Translations under genes and position numbers: made by a program
Notes under the pieces: model-generated
Databases searched by the model: none
Told to the model about the DNA's origin: nothing
The model's input: only the letters and a program-made list of their open reading frames with translations
Source: an uncultured virus (IMG/VR IMGVR_UViG_3300044843_001102)
Lineage: Duplodnaviria > Heunggongvirae > Uroviricota > Caudoviricetes
DNA length: 56,996 nucleotides
Reading direction: 5' to 3' (one strand)
Virus record (IMG/VR): IMGVR_UViG_3300044843_001102
In this document: positions 1 to 9,471 of the stretch, in pieces
Layout: every line of letters starts with the position of its first letter
Position numbering within the stretch: position 1 is the first letter of the stretch

Positions 1-1232
1 GTCATCGCTTGAAATGTATTTTCTGCGCTTTCTTTATTCATTGTTGAAAAATATGAGTTCATGCTTGATAGCACTTCTTGGTTGTCCTTAAGAATTTGAT
101 TCATTTTACCAACAAGAGTTTTTTGATACTCATTTGAAATTTGTTGCAATCTTTCGTCTGATAAATTAAATTCTCCTATTAAAGCTTCGGATCCTTTTAT
201 GTTTGCATCGATAACACCTTTTGATATACTAAATTGAGTTTCTAGTGAAAAAGAATCAGCATTTGTAAATAAGTCTTTGTTGTCTTCTATAAATTGTAGA
301 TTCCTAAACCTATCGACCATTGCCTCTCCGGCATTTCTGTAAGTGTTGTTCTCATATCCTGATTGTATTCTGCTCAAAATAGCATCAGATTCTCTTTCTG
401 TTAAAACCGGGAAGTGTAAATAATAAACATTTTGATTCGAAGAAATCTTTAGACTTAGTCCTTCTTTCTGTATTAATTTGTTAATTGCATTTAAATCTAC
501 GCCATCTTTAAAAATAAAATTACCATTGTTTCCACCAGCCTCAAGAAAACCTTTTGGATAAGTTATTTGCGTAAAAAAGTTTTCATATGGTAAGACCCAT
601 TCATAAAATCTATAAATACCATTTTTAACATCTTTTGTGATAATTAAATACTCATATTCTTCGTTTCTATCAAGATTAGCAAATTTCTTACAGAGATTTA
701 AAAAACTACCTTTGATTTTTAAACTGGTTGCTGATAAAGTTTTTATTGAATAATCTCTCACAAATTCTTCTCCGCCGGAAGACTTTTGAACTTTAATAAC
801 GTCAACAATTGAGTTATTTGCTAATTTTGAACCTTGAATGATTTGTGCAATAATTGTTTCCATTTGGAAACCGGCAGAACTTGCCTCTAGTTTTTCAAGC
901 GCTTCTTTAAGTTCTTGAATTAACAATATCGATGAAAACGCAACATTAATTGGAAAACTCTTTACCTGTGCTTTGTCAGCGGTTAAGAAACTATTAACGG
1001 TTGATAAACGATCAGATAATAACTCACCTTGACCTTTAAACAATCCGGAGAATAATGATTGCAATTCTCTATATGCTTCTGTATCTGGATCTCCTGATAA
1101 TAGATTTATTCTTGATTTTGAATAAATTGGACCAAATGCTTGCTCATTCAATTTTGATTCAATCATTTCAATTAACAATTCGTTTCCTTTTTTTGGAGCG
1201 AAATGTTTTTCAATTAACTTCTCAAGATTCAT
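1..1232 (-). CDS. Hypothetical protein with LxE leader and possible PD-(D/E)XK nuclease-like motif; runs off the left edge
   Basis: Absent from the ORF track because it is truncated. Manual translation from ATG 1232 (SD GAGG upstream) gives MNLEKLIEKHFAPKKGNELLIEMIESKLNE...SSAGFQMETIIAQII...IVDVI...YSIKTLS, and the same frame is open at the left edge. Confidence 0.6.
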   Translation of the reverse strand, partial: MNLEKLIEKHFAPKKGNELLIEMIESKLNEQAFGPIYSKSRINLLSGDPDTEAYRELQSLFSGLFKGQGELLSDRLSTVNSFLTADKAQVKSFPINVAFSSILLIQELKEALEKLEASSAGFQMETIIAQIIQGSKLANNSIVDVIKVQKSSGGEEFVRDYSIKTLSATSLKIKGSFLNLCKKFANLDRNEEYEYLIITKDVKNGIYRFYEWVLPYENFFTQITYPKGFLEAGGNNGNFIFKDGVDLNAINKLIQKEGLSLKISSNQNVYYLHFPVLTERESDAILSRIQSGYENNTYRNAGEAMVDRFRNLQFIEDNKDLFTNADSFSLETQFSISKGVIDANIKGSEALIGEFNLSDERLQQISNEYQKTLVGKMNQILKDNQEVLSSMNSYFSTMNKESAENTFQAM

Positions 1233-1269
1233 TGTTTTACCTCTGGAGTAATTAGGTTCTTAATAAAGA

Positions 1270-1297
1270 TGAAGCCCAGTTTTTAGGCTGGGCTTCA
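1270..1297 (-). terminator. Stem-loop, probable intrinsic terminator
   Basis: tgaagcccag...ctgggcttca inverted repeat just downstream of the 1326 stop. Confidence 0.6.
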
Positions 1298-1325
1298 CTT
1301 GATTTCTTGGAGATTGCTTACCTGC

Positions 1326-2264
1326 TTATTTCTTCTTAGCCATTGCTGCTTTCTTTTTCTTCATCATCATTTCTTTTTTCTTGGCAGCTTCTTCTTTCTC
1401 TTTTTTCTTTGCAGCCATTTGCTTTTCTTTCATCATTTTCTTAGCTTTTGCTGCAGCTTTTGGATCTTTCTTTGCTTCCATTAAACGAGCCTTAACTCTG
1501 AGAGCAACTTTATTAACTAGGCGGTCAATTGCCTCTTGTAGAGCGGCTGGTGGTGGAGGTGATGCGCCTGCTGGTTCTTCGCCCTCTCCGCCTTCTGCTG
1601 GCTCCATTTCTTCTTCACCTTCTTCCTCAACCTTAACTTCCACGCCTAGTGTTTCTTGTACTAATTCACCAAGTTTCTTTACGAACTCTTTAATCTTTGC
1701 TTCCATTTGATCTCCACCTTCCATTGCTGGTGGTGGTTCTGCTGCTGGTGGTGGTGGCGCATCGGTTTCTGCTTGTTCTAGAAGTCTCTTTAATCTACTC
1801 ATGCTTCTACGAATACTTTCCTTCATCGCCCCACAATCTCCTTCGTGGATTTTATGGCAGTGTGGGCATTTTTCTTTTTTCTTTGCTTCTTCTAGATCTT
1901 CGTCTTCTTCATAATCATCACTATCATCACCATCGCCATGTGGTTTTTTCTTTGCTTCTTCTAGGTCTTCTTCGCCTTCATAGAGATTTTCTTCCATCTC
2001 TTCTTCGTATGATTCTTCCATCATTGAGTCTTCTTCGCCATACATTTCATCTAGCTCTTCACCTTCTTCCATCATGTCAACATCGCCCATGTCATCCATG
2101 TCACCCATGTCGTCCATATCAAAGTCAACACTATTTGGATCCTCTGCTGTATCTACATTCGCGCCTTCTCTCAAAAACGGATTTGCTAGGGAACCAATAC
2201 CAGCAAGTCCCATCATTCTCATTGTTGTTGATTCTGTTAAAAGTAAATCTTTACGTTTCGCCAT
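1326..2264 (-). CDS. Acidic/basic low-complexity putative prohead core or internal head protein
   Basis: Many LxE sites, duplicated EDLEEAKKK, N-terminal RMMGLAGI, Lys-rich C-terminus; ACTATTTA motif at 2291-2299 and AGGAG SD. Confidence 0.55.
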   Translation of the reverse strand: MAKRKDLLLTESTTMRMMGLAGIGSLANPFLREGANVDTAEDPNSVDFDMDDMGDMDDMGDVDMMEEGEELDEMYGEEDSMMEESYEEEMEENLYEGEEDLEEAKKKPHGDGDDSDDYEEDEDLEEAKKKEKCPHCHKIHEGDCGAMKESIRRSMSRLKRLLEQAETDAPPPPAAEPPPAMEGGDQMEAKIKEFVKKLGELVQETLGVEVKVEEEGEEEMEPAEGGEGEEPAGASPPPPAALQEAIDRLVNKVALRVKARLMEAKKDPKAAAKAKKMMKEKQMAAKKKEKEEAAKKKEMMMKKKKAAMAKKK

Positions 2265-2308
2265 TATAGTTTCTCCTTAAGAAATCATAATAAATAGTAT
2301 CGAAAAAA

Positions 2309-2551
2309 CTAAATGACCTCATCACAATTTCGCACATTTGATTTTATCTTTGACATTGCCTTTTCTTCAATCTGCTTTATGCGAACATAAGATACTCCGA
2401 GTCGTTTAGAAACTTCTTCAAGAGTTAAAGGTCCGTTTTTTCTTGTACAAACCAATACACAATTTAGATCATCTTTATAATCTATATAGTTTCTACAATC
2501 AGATATATCACAGGGAGTATTTGTTTTCTCACAGATTTCGTCGCAATTCAT
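2309..2551 (-). CDS. Stand-alone sigma-70 region 4 HTH protein with Cys-rich N-terminus
   Basis: LTLEEVSKRLGVSYVRIKQIEEKAMSKI matches the sigma 4.2 pattern (TLEEVG..FGVTRERIRQIE.KAL.KL). Confidence 0.75.
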   Translation of the reverse strand: MNCDEICEKTNTPCDISDCRNYIDYKDDLNCVLVCTRKNGPLTLEEVSKRLGVSYVRIKQIEEKAMSKIKSNVRNCDEVI

Positions 2552-2557
2552 TATACC

Positions 2558-2896
2558 TCAGTCTGGAAAGTCTTCGTCAAGCAGATCATAAATATCATCT
2601 ATGTCATCTTCACTTAGATTATATAACTTTTCGGTATTCTTGGCAAGCGTCTCTTGTTTAATAATATAATCTTTTTTTGCTCTACCAGCAATTTTATTTT
2701 TTTGTTTATAACTTTCTACAATACTTCTAACGTCTTTGTCTCCCGCTAAATAAAGTTCTATGAAGAAGCGAACTAATTTAGCGGGATGATTAACGTTTTC
2801 ATATTTAAGATTTGCCATAAACTCTCCGTATTCATATTCAGAGAGATTAACAACAATTCTTTTCTGGTAATTTTCTGATAGTTTTTTATTTTCCAT
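2558..2896 (-). CDS. Hypothetical protein, possibly ribbon-helix-helix-like
   Basis: In-operon ORF; RIVVNLS beta-strand followed by helices. Confidence 0.45.
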   Translation of the reverse strand: MENKKLSENYQKRIVVNLSEYEYGEFMANLKYENVNHPAKLVRFFIELYLAGDKDVRSIVESYKQKNKIAGRAKKDYIIKQETLAKNTEKLYNLSEDDIDDIYDLLDEDFPD

Positions 2897-3215
2897 TTAA
2901 AATATCTTTGATAACTGAGGTTAGAGAATCTTTGTCAAATCCATTTTGAGGATATGGTAATTCTTTGAAGTGTTTTCCTTTAATGTAATAAAGTGTCGGA
3001 ACTCCGTCTTCAATAAAAAGATCTGCTAGGTCTTCCTCTTCGTTTATATCTACGTCGTAGAAGCCTAACTGTGGGAATGATTGAGCAACTGCTTGGAAAT
3101 CTGGTTCAAGATCAACACAGATTGGACAACCATCGCTCTTGAACTTTACAATAAATGGAATGTTTTTATCAACTTTGCTTTTAAATCTAAGCAGATCAAG
3201 TTTCTTCGTTTTCAT
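2886..3215 (-). CDS. Thioredoxin-family protein
   Basis: CPIC active site, cis-Pro motif GVPT, about 109 aa. Confidence 0.85.
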   Translation of the reverse strand: MKTKKLDLLRFKSKVDKNIPFIVKFKSDGCPICVDLEPDFQAVAQSFPQLGFYDVDINEEEDLADLFIEDGVPTLYYIKGKHFKELPYPQNGFDKDSLTSVIKDILNGK

Positions 3216-3465
3216 CTGGTAAAAACTCCTTTACTTTGTCTATACATTCAGGACAGAACAACCTAACTAGTTTCTGTTCACTGCGAACTACCACCACCCA
3301 AGTCTGCGCCATCTCTTTTGACTTTTTATCAAAAGGTTTTTGGCAGGCAGAACATTCATCAGGCAGTCTTCCAAACATACCAATCTTGCTGGTAAGTTCT
3401 TTTTCCACCTCTTTCTTTGCTTCAACTGCTTTTTGTCTTTGTATTTTCCTTGTTGCGTTGCTCAT
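3196..3465 (-). CDS. Small Zn-ribbon hypothetical protein
   Basis: CSAC...CPEC Cys pairs; translationally coupled to neighbours. Confidence 0.55.
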   Translation of the reverse strand: MSNATRKIQRQKAVEAKKEVEKELTSKIGMFGRLPDECSACQKPFDKKSKEMAQTWVVVVRSEQKLVRLFCPECIDKVKEFLPDENEET

Positions 3466-3923
3466 TATTTATTTCCTGTTGATCCAAACCCACATTCACC
3501 TCTACTGGATACAGTTGGGGTATGAAGATAAAGATCTACTTCGCTTGGTAAACATTCAAATGTTGGTAGATTGACTTGATAAAAAATAAGTTGGGCAATT
3601 TTCTCAAAAGGATCAATTGTTCTTACTTCTCTTCCGATATTGTGAAGATTGATTTTAACTTCTCCAGAATATCCAGAGTCAATTACGCACGAACCAACAA
3701 CCAAACTTTTCTTGTATGCCATACCAGACCTGTTTTTAACTTCACATACATAACCAATTGGTGTTGCGACTTGTAGACCAGTCCCAAGCAATACAGACTC
3801 TCCAGGAGCGATCGTCAGCGGTTCGTGACTGCAAAAATAAACATCTGCTCCAGCATCAGAAGGGTTTGCTCTTGTTGGTAAGATTGCTTCTGGTTTTAGT
3901 TTCTTAACATAAATCTTGTCCAT
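3465..3923 (-). CDS. dut: Trimeric dUTPase
   Basis: AGADV, RSG, VIDSGYSGE, KIAQL and RGECGFGSTG motifs; start moved to ATG 3923, which follows a GGAGG SD. Confidence 0.93.
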   Translation of the reverse strand: MDKIYVKKLKPEAILPTRANPSDAGADVYFCSHEPLTIAPGESVLLGTGLQVATPIGYVCEVKNRSGMAYKKSLVVGSCVIDSGYSGEVKINLHNIGREVRTIDPFEKIAQLIFYQVNLPTFECLPSEVDLYLHTPTVSSRGECGFGSTGNK

Positions 3924-3952
3924 AAATGAATAACCTCCATAGTTGTCTATGG

Positions 3953-3981
3953 AGGTTATCATAAGAGAACTAATTTGTCAA
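3953..3981 (-). promoter_or_regulatory. Sigma70-type promoter for dut, overlapping an RBS-containing hairpin
   Basis: TTGACA (3976-3981), 17 bp, extended TGn-TAACCT (3953-3958); perfect 13-bp stem at 3930-3959. Confidence 0.6.
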
Positions 3982-3985
3982 CTAA

Positions 3986-4801
3986 TTACGCATAAGTGCC
4001 AGAAGAGATTGCCACAAATACGCCAGCAACTGGTGTAGTTGATGTTCTGGCAGAGGACGAGAATTCTAGTATAAATCCTTGTGCGGTATTTATTGAGGCT
4101 TTTGTAAGGAAAAAGGCTTTTCTATATGAATAACCGCTTAATTCTGAACCAGATACAATCGTTGGACTAGTTGAGCCAGTTGTAATGTTTGTACCTATCA
4201 TATATGGCACTGTTCCGTACAACGAACCATCAGACGCCTTCATAATTCTAATTCTATCAGACGCTTCTAACTCTCCGCCAACATAAACAATAACGTGAGT
4301 TGCAGAACCAGCGCCGGTGATTTGAGAACCGAATTTAATTGAACTAGTTGCAGTACTACCACCTAAATAATAAGGAACATAACCTGCTTGCGGACCATCA
4401 TTAGAATAAACAATAACTGGAGCCGATACACCGTTTGCGCCAGATAAGTTTGTTTGTAATCCTCCAACAGCTGGAAAATAATAATGTTTAGTTGTAGCTG
4501 TTATACCAACCGCTCCACTCAACGATGTTCCGAGGAAAACCCCAGTATTTGTTGATTCGCCAGTTAATCCTGCTTTTGTCCAAGCACCATCTGCATTTGC
4601 TACAACATTATTTAATAATGTAGTAGAACCAGCTGTAAAAGTAGGGGTAACTCCATCCCTTGAGTAAGTTGCTATGTTAATGAGATTATTTTGATTAGTT
4701 GTGTTTCCACGATCTGCTTCGGATACATTTGTTAATCCTGCTGGATTTAAAACATCAAGTCTTAATGCGGCTGCTTTTCTTTTTCTGTGTCCACTTGCCA
4801 T
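3986..4801 (-). CDS. G/S/T-rich hypothetical protein, probably a late or virion protein
   Basis: Beta-rich composition like the structural genes; ACTATTTA motif at 4832-4840. Confidence 0.5.
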   Translation of the reverse strand: MASGHRKRKAAALRLDVLNPAGLTNVSEADRGNTTNQNNLINIATYSRDGVTPTFTAGSTTLLNNVVANADGAWTKAGLTGESTNTGVFLGTSLSGAVGITATTKHYYFPAVGGLQTNLSGANGVSAPVIVYSNDGPQAGYVPYYLGGSTATSSIKFGSQITGAGSATHVIVYVGGELEASDRIRIMKASDGSLYGTVPYMIGTNITTGSTSPTIVSGSELSGYSYRKAFFLTKASINTAQGFILEFSSSARTSTTPVAGVFVAISSGTYA

Positions 4802-4857
4802 GTATTAGTTCTCCTCGAAAAGATTCACTAATAAATAGTATGTAGATTTCTTAAATA

Positions 4858-7800
4858 CTATCCAACCATCTTCCAACTCTTAGAAATTCCTATGCAAGAA
4901 AATCCACCAAAGTTTTCATCGTAATTAAGTTTTGCAACATAAGGACGATTGAGATAAATCACATCTTTCTCTGTATCAACAGACCAGCACTTAACCTCAG
5001 TTGTCTTTCCGGTGTCATCAACAACATCTACAACATAATAGTTTTTATCATTCTTAGATCTTTTTGTTTCAAACGAGATTGGAACAAACCAGCATACTTG
5101 TAGTTCTGAATCATACTTTGAGATAGATGGAACATTGCTGTCCTCTAATCTTTTGTATAACTGAGGACTCATAACCATCGTCACTGGAAAGAATCCGAGA
5201 AGTTCAACACAATTGTTGATCACTTCATTTCTTGAGAAGTCACCCTCTCCTTTGAACTGCTCAATATAAGCATCAAACTTCTTCTTTGTTTTTGGTCGTT
5301 CATCGCAGAAAGACATCCAGAAATGTTTACGACCAGTGAAGCGATTATCCATTAGATCATCTAGCGCTCCACATCTAGCAAGAGCATCCAAACCTTTTTT
5401 GTTGAGTTTGGTGTAAGCAATTTTATCGTTAAAAAGTAAGTCATCAATTGTTTTAAATGGGCGATTATTAATTACCTGTTCAATCGCTTTCTCACCAAGA
5501 CCTTTGATTGAACTCAAAGGTTGATAGAAAGTTTTGCCATTGCTTGAGCATTCCCATTGATCGCCAGAGTTATTTACATTTGGTGGTTCAACTTCATATC
5601 CAAGCGACTTAACGATTGAGATTGCTTTTGATTTACCATCATCCTTTTCGTCGTCTAGGTATGAAGCAATCCACTCATTTGAATAATAAGTAAGAAGCCA
5701 TGCACACTGATAAGAAAGAATGCTATAGCAAACGGCGTGAGACTTATTAAAACCGTAACCGGAAAAGAACTCAAATGTCTGCCAAAGGTTTTGAGCATCT
5801 TCTTGTTGAATACCTTTTTCGAGACAGCCTTCAATAAACTTTGTGTGAATCTCATCTTTAACCTCGTGTCCTTTACCTGTGCCTTTCTTGGTTAGGACTT
5901 TACGCAGTAAGTTACCTTCATCCAAAGTTAGATCTTTGCCCAACTTGTGAGCAATCAAAGCAATTTGTTCTTGGAATATTAGGAACCCTGCGGTTTCTTC
6001 TGTGATTTCCTTAACGATTGGATGTAGATATTTGATTGAACTCGGATCTTCCTTAGCCGTGACATAATTTTCGTCCACTTTTGCCGACAATGGACCTGGG
6101 CGATAAATAGAAGTAATAGCAGAAAGATCAATAATACTACGAGGCTTTGCACGTTTACAAAACTCTTGAGCGCCCTTCTCAGCGAACTGAAAGATCGCCG
6201 CCCATCGTCCTTCATGGAATACATGTTCATAGACCTTTTGATCGTCAAAGTTTATTGTTGACGGGTGGAGATTCTGTTCGTAGAAGGTTTTGATGTCTTT
6301 GAAGGTGGGGTTTGCATTACCTTGTTTAATGAGGACTCTACGGATCGTATTCTCAATAATACGAAGAGTTGCGAGGCCAAGAATATCAAACTTAATAAAC
6401 CCAAGAGGTTCCAAGTGTCTAACATTCTGTCCCTCGCTCCAAGGTGTTTGAGTTACTCCACCACTATTAATTAGTGGCATGAAGTGTGAAATGTTCTCCG
6501 ATACAATAACTCCACCCGCATGTCTTGATGCGGATCTTACTTGACCTTGTAATGCTTTAATATGCTTGCCGACCTCTGGATATTTGGCAAGAAATTTCTG
6601 TAAGGTTGTTGAGAACTCCAAACACTCTTCAAATGTTGGAGTGTAAACACCAGCAGTAATACCATGTCTTTCTTTGGCAGGAGCAGTTGCTTCCTTAACC
6701 ATGACAGAAGTTGTATCATTTACCTCCGTGAATGGAATACCATAAAGCTTGCCAACATCTTTAATTAGAGAACGAAGTTGTAGAGTATTCCAATTTGAGA
6801 TTGGAACAACCGAATCTTGACCCCACTCTTCAATCAACATTTGTTTCAGCGTCATTGGATCGCTTGTGTCATAGTCAATATCTGGGTAATCCTTGGCATT
6901 CTTTTGCAGGAAGCGACTAAACAGAAGACCATACTTGATTGGGTCAATCTGAGTAATATTCAGAAGATAAGATACAAGAGAACCCGCCGCCGAACCACGA
7001 CCAGCACCAACAAGTTGATTCTCAACGGCTTTATCAGCGATCGCTTTCATCGTCAAGAAATACTTACAGAAACCACGGTCTTTAATAACAGTGAGTTCTT
7101 CTTTAAGTCTTTCGATGTATTCGCGGTTTTTGTCCAAGCCTTTCTTTCTCATAGAGGAGGAACATAATTCAATCAAAGCCTGAACGTCTGTCTTACCCTC
7201 TGGAACAACGAAAGAAGGTAGACGAACCGTTGTATCCGGTAGAAACTCCTCAATCTGTTCGTGAGCAATCTTCCAAGTATTCTCGAACGACTCGCGAACA
7301 AGATCGTCATCATACTCGTTAAATGTCTGAGTGGAATACTTTTTATAAGCGTCCCACATCTGCTGTCCATTCTTAGGATAGAGTTCAGACATCAGTTCTT
7401 CACGCTTTGATGGAAGAGAATCCAAAGACATATTCTTTGAACCCAACCATCCAAGCATCTTGTAGATTTCTCGCTCTTTCCACAGATCAGGACGAGGATA
7501 GTGAGAGTCGCAAGTGGAAACAAGTTTAACACCGTTTTCTTTGGCAACCTTGATTACCAATTTGTTAATCTCATGTTGCTCATGATAAGCATTCCACTGT
7601 AGTTCACAATAGAAACGATCACCAAGAATTGCCTTGAAGTTCTTGACAACTTTGGTCATTTCTTCCAGAACCTTTTCTTCGCCTTCGTCTTTGTGTTGCC
7701 AGAAGCATTTAGACAAAGGACCGCCCATGCAAGCAGTCAGGGCAATAACACCCTCGCTGTGTTGCTTAAGCATTTCATAATCTAGACGAGGAAACCGATA

Positions 7801-8262
7801 AAAGTTTCCTGGATTGTAAGACTTGGAAACCAACTGAAAAATATTTGATAGACCTTTCTGGTTTTGAGCAAGAAGAACCAAGTGAGCACGAAAGTTAATG
7901 AAACTCTTTTCATCCTTCTTTGATTCTTCTTCATCTTCTACGACAATTCCGGATTCTTCATCGTCGTTTTTCTTTGACTTCTTTTCTTCTTTGTATTTAT
8001 CGTATGCCTCTTTCCATTCTGGAATGGATGGAATGAAGTATGACTCGACACCAAAGATTGGTTTAAAGTTCTTTCCTTCTGCCTTCATCTTCTTCGTGTG
8101 AAGAACTTGATAAGACAAACCATTCATGTTGCCGTGATCGGTCAACGCAAGAGCATCTGCTCCATTACCATAAGCAAAATCAATGTGTTCATTCGGGAAA
8201 CCAAGTCCATCGAACACACTGAAACAACTATGGCCGTGTAAATTTACAAACTTGATTCCCAT
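4858..8262 (-). CDS. dnaE: DNA polymerase III alpha subunit (family C)
   Basis: PHP domain (HGHSCFSVFDG, TDHGNM, DSHY), GRGSAAGSLV, catalytic PDIDYD, HAGG, KFDILGL, YGFNKSHA. Confidence 0.96.
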   Translation of the reverse strand: MGIKFVNLHGHSCFSVFDGLGFPNEHIDFAYGNGADALALTDHGNMNGLSYQVLHTKKMKAEGKNFKPIFGVESYFIPSIPEWKEAYDKYKEEKKSKKNDDEESGIVVEDEEESKKDEKSFINFRAHLVLLAQNQKGLSNIFQLVSKSYNPGNFYRFPRLDYEMLKQHSEGVIALTACMGGPLSKCFWQHKDEGEEKVLEEMTKVVKNFKAILGDRFYCELQWNAYHEQHEINKLVIKVAKENGVKLVSTCDSHYPRPDLWKEREIYKMLGWLGSKNMSLDSLPSKREELMSELYPKNGQQMWDAYKKYSTQTFNEYDDDLVRESFENTWKIAHEQIEEFLPDTTVRLPSFVVPEGKTDVQALIELCSSSMRKKGLDKNREYIERLKEELTVIKDRGFCKYFLTMKAIADKAVENQLVGAGRGSAAGSLVSYLLNITQIDPIKYGLLFSRFLQKNAKDYPDIDYDTSDPMTLKQMLIEEWGQDSVVPISNWNTLQLRSLIKDVGKLYGIPFTEVNDTTSVMVKEATAPAKERHGITAGVYTPTFEECLEFSTTLQKFLAKYPEVGKHIKALQGQVRSASRHAGGVIVSENISHFMPLINSGGVTQTPWSEGQNVRHLEPLGFIKFDILGLATLRIIENTIRRVLIKQGNANPTFKDIKTFYEQNLHPSTINFDDQKVYEHVFHEGRWAAIFQFAEKGAQEFCKRAKPRSIIDLSAITSIYRPGPLSAKVDENYVTAKEDPSSIKYLHPIVKEITEETAGFLIFQEQIALIAHKLGKDLTLDEGNLLRKVLTKKGTGKGHEVKDEIHTKFIEGCLEKGIQQEDAQNLWQTFEFFSGYGFNKSHAVCYSILSYQCAWLLTYYSNEWIASYLDDEKDDGKSKAISIVKSLGYEVEPPNVNNSGDQWECSSNGKTFYQPLSSIKGLGEKAIEQVINNRPFKTIDDLLFNDKIAYTKLNKKGLDALARCGALDDLMDNRFTGRKHFWMSFCDERPKTKKKFDAYIEQFKGEGDFSRNEVINNCVELLGFFPVTMVMSPQLYKRLEDSNVPSISKYDSELQVCWFVPISFETKRSKNDKNYYVVDVVDDTGKTTEVKCWSVDTEKDVIYLNRPYVAKLNYDENFGGFSCIGISKSWKMVG

Positions 8263-8270
8263 AAAACTCC

Positions 8271-8573
8271 TTAAAACTTACAAATCTTTACATTCATACG
8301 GTGAATAATATCTTCTACCGTTTCTCCGCCGGTAAATCCTAATTCTCTTTCTACTTCGTTGATAAATTCAGACTCTAGTTTCGGATCTAGTTCTTCTCTG
8401 AAACTCTGCTCCGCCAAAGAGAAGAAGTTCATAAACAACTCTTTCTGGCGAGTGGAGAGCAAATCAAATACATCAGGTAGGTCTAGTTCTTGTAGATCTC
8501 CTGACGATAAATGACTATAAGTTTCTTTCGCTATTGCATACATTTCATCTTTAGTTCTGGTCATCGTGTTCAT
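8271..8573 (-). CDS. Hypothetical protein
   Basis: In-operon ORF. Confidence 0.5.
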   Translation of the reverse strand: MNTMTRTKDEMYAIAKETYSHLSSGDLQELDLPDVFDLLSTRQKELFMNFFSLAEQSFREELDPKLESEFINEVERELGFTGGETVEDIIHRMNVKICKF

Positions 8574-9471
8574 AATCCCCTGTTTGTATTGGTCTTTCTT
8601 CTAGGTTTTTCATTTTATTATACCTGAAATACTTGACTTTCTTTGGCATTTTGTAGAAGTGTCCTTTTGTAAGATACTTAACATATCCATCCCAAGTTGA
8701 GATATTGGAATAAACTATGAGTTCTCTAAGGACTGACCCCTCTAGTGTAGCAGACCTGAATATTTCGTCAAGGGTGAGTTTAGAGGCCAAATTCCTCTCT
8801 TCTATTGGTCTTCGTCTAAGATCTTTGAGTGTCTCTCCCATCCACGATCCTTGATCTCTCGATTTAAAATCGAGTTTGTATCTGTCAAAATCTTCTTTAA
8901 ACATTGTGAATCCAAGAGGCAATCCATCTTTTATTGATTTACCTTCATGGGTGATAAAGAAATTTTTATCTGAACTCTTAATCTTCTTTCTATCTTTTTG
9001 TAGAACCCAGGGAGAATAGACAGACTCGGGGAAAGAAACATAAAACTTTCCTGGTTTTAGGTTTTCACTTAAACCATTTGCCACTCTTGTTGCATACTCT
9101 GCTCCCGCTAAGATTGTTCTTCCATAACATTCTCTTCGCTTTAAATCTCTGACTGGTAACGAAGTATACCATATTGGAATCCTCATTGAGAAATTATCTT
9201 TGAACTCTACAGGTAATTGAGCAAGAATTGGATCTTCAACATAACAACCAACAACTGCTTTCATAAGTGGTATATATCTTTTTTCAGTTATTACCCAGAT
9301 AGAAGAACAACCCGCCATTGCGCACTCAAGAACACTACGATGAAGGGCAGTATAGTTGTTGTATAATGGTGTTAAACATTTTGGCCAAGGGAGTCCATCA
9401 TTCGTTGGACCATTCTGGATCGGAACGATCCCAACCATGTGTGATATGTATTTATTTTGCGATCCTTCCAT
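8551..9471 (-). CDS. Nucleotidyltransferase-like (GT-A fold) protein
   Basis: VGIVP...LPWPKCLTPL...ECAMAGCSSIWVI resembles the N-terminus of sugar-phosphate nucleotidyltransferases; start codon uncertain. Confidence 0.55.
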   Translation of the reverse strand: MEGSQNKYISHMVGIVPIQNGPTNDGLPWPKCLTPLYNNYTALHRSVLECAMAGCSSIWVITEKRYIPLMKAVVGCYVEDPILAQLPVEFKDNFSMRIPIWYTSLPVRDLKRRECYGRTILAGAEYATRVANGLSENLKPGKFYVSFPESVYSPWVLQKDRKKIKSSDKNFFITHEGKSIKDGLPLGFTMFKEDFDRYKLDFKSRDQGSWMGETLKDLRRRPIEERNLASKLTLDEIFRSATLEGSVLRELIVYSNISTWDGYVKYLTKGHFYKMPKKVKYFRYNKMKNLEERPIQTGDYEHDDQN

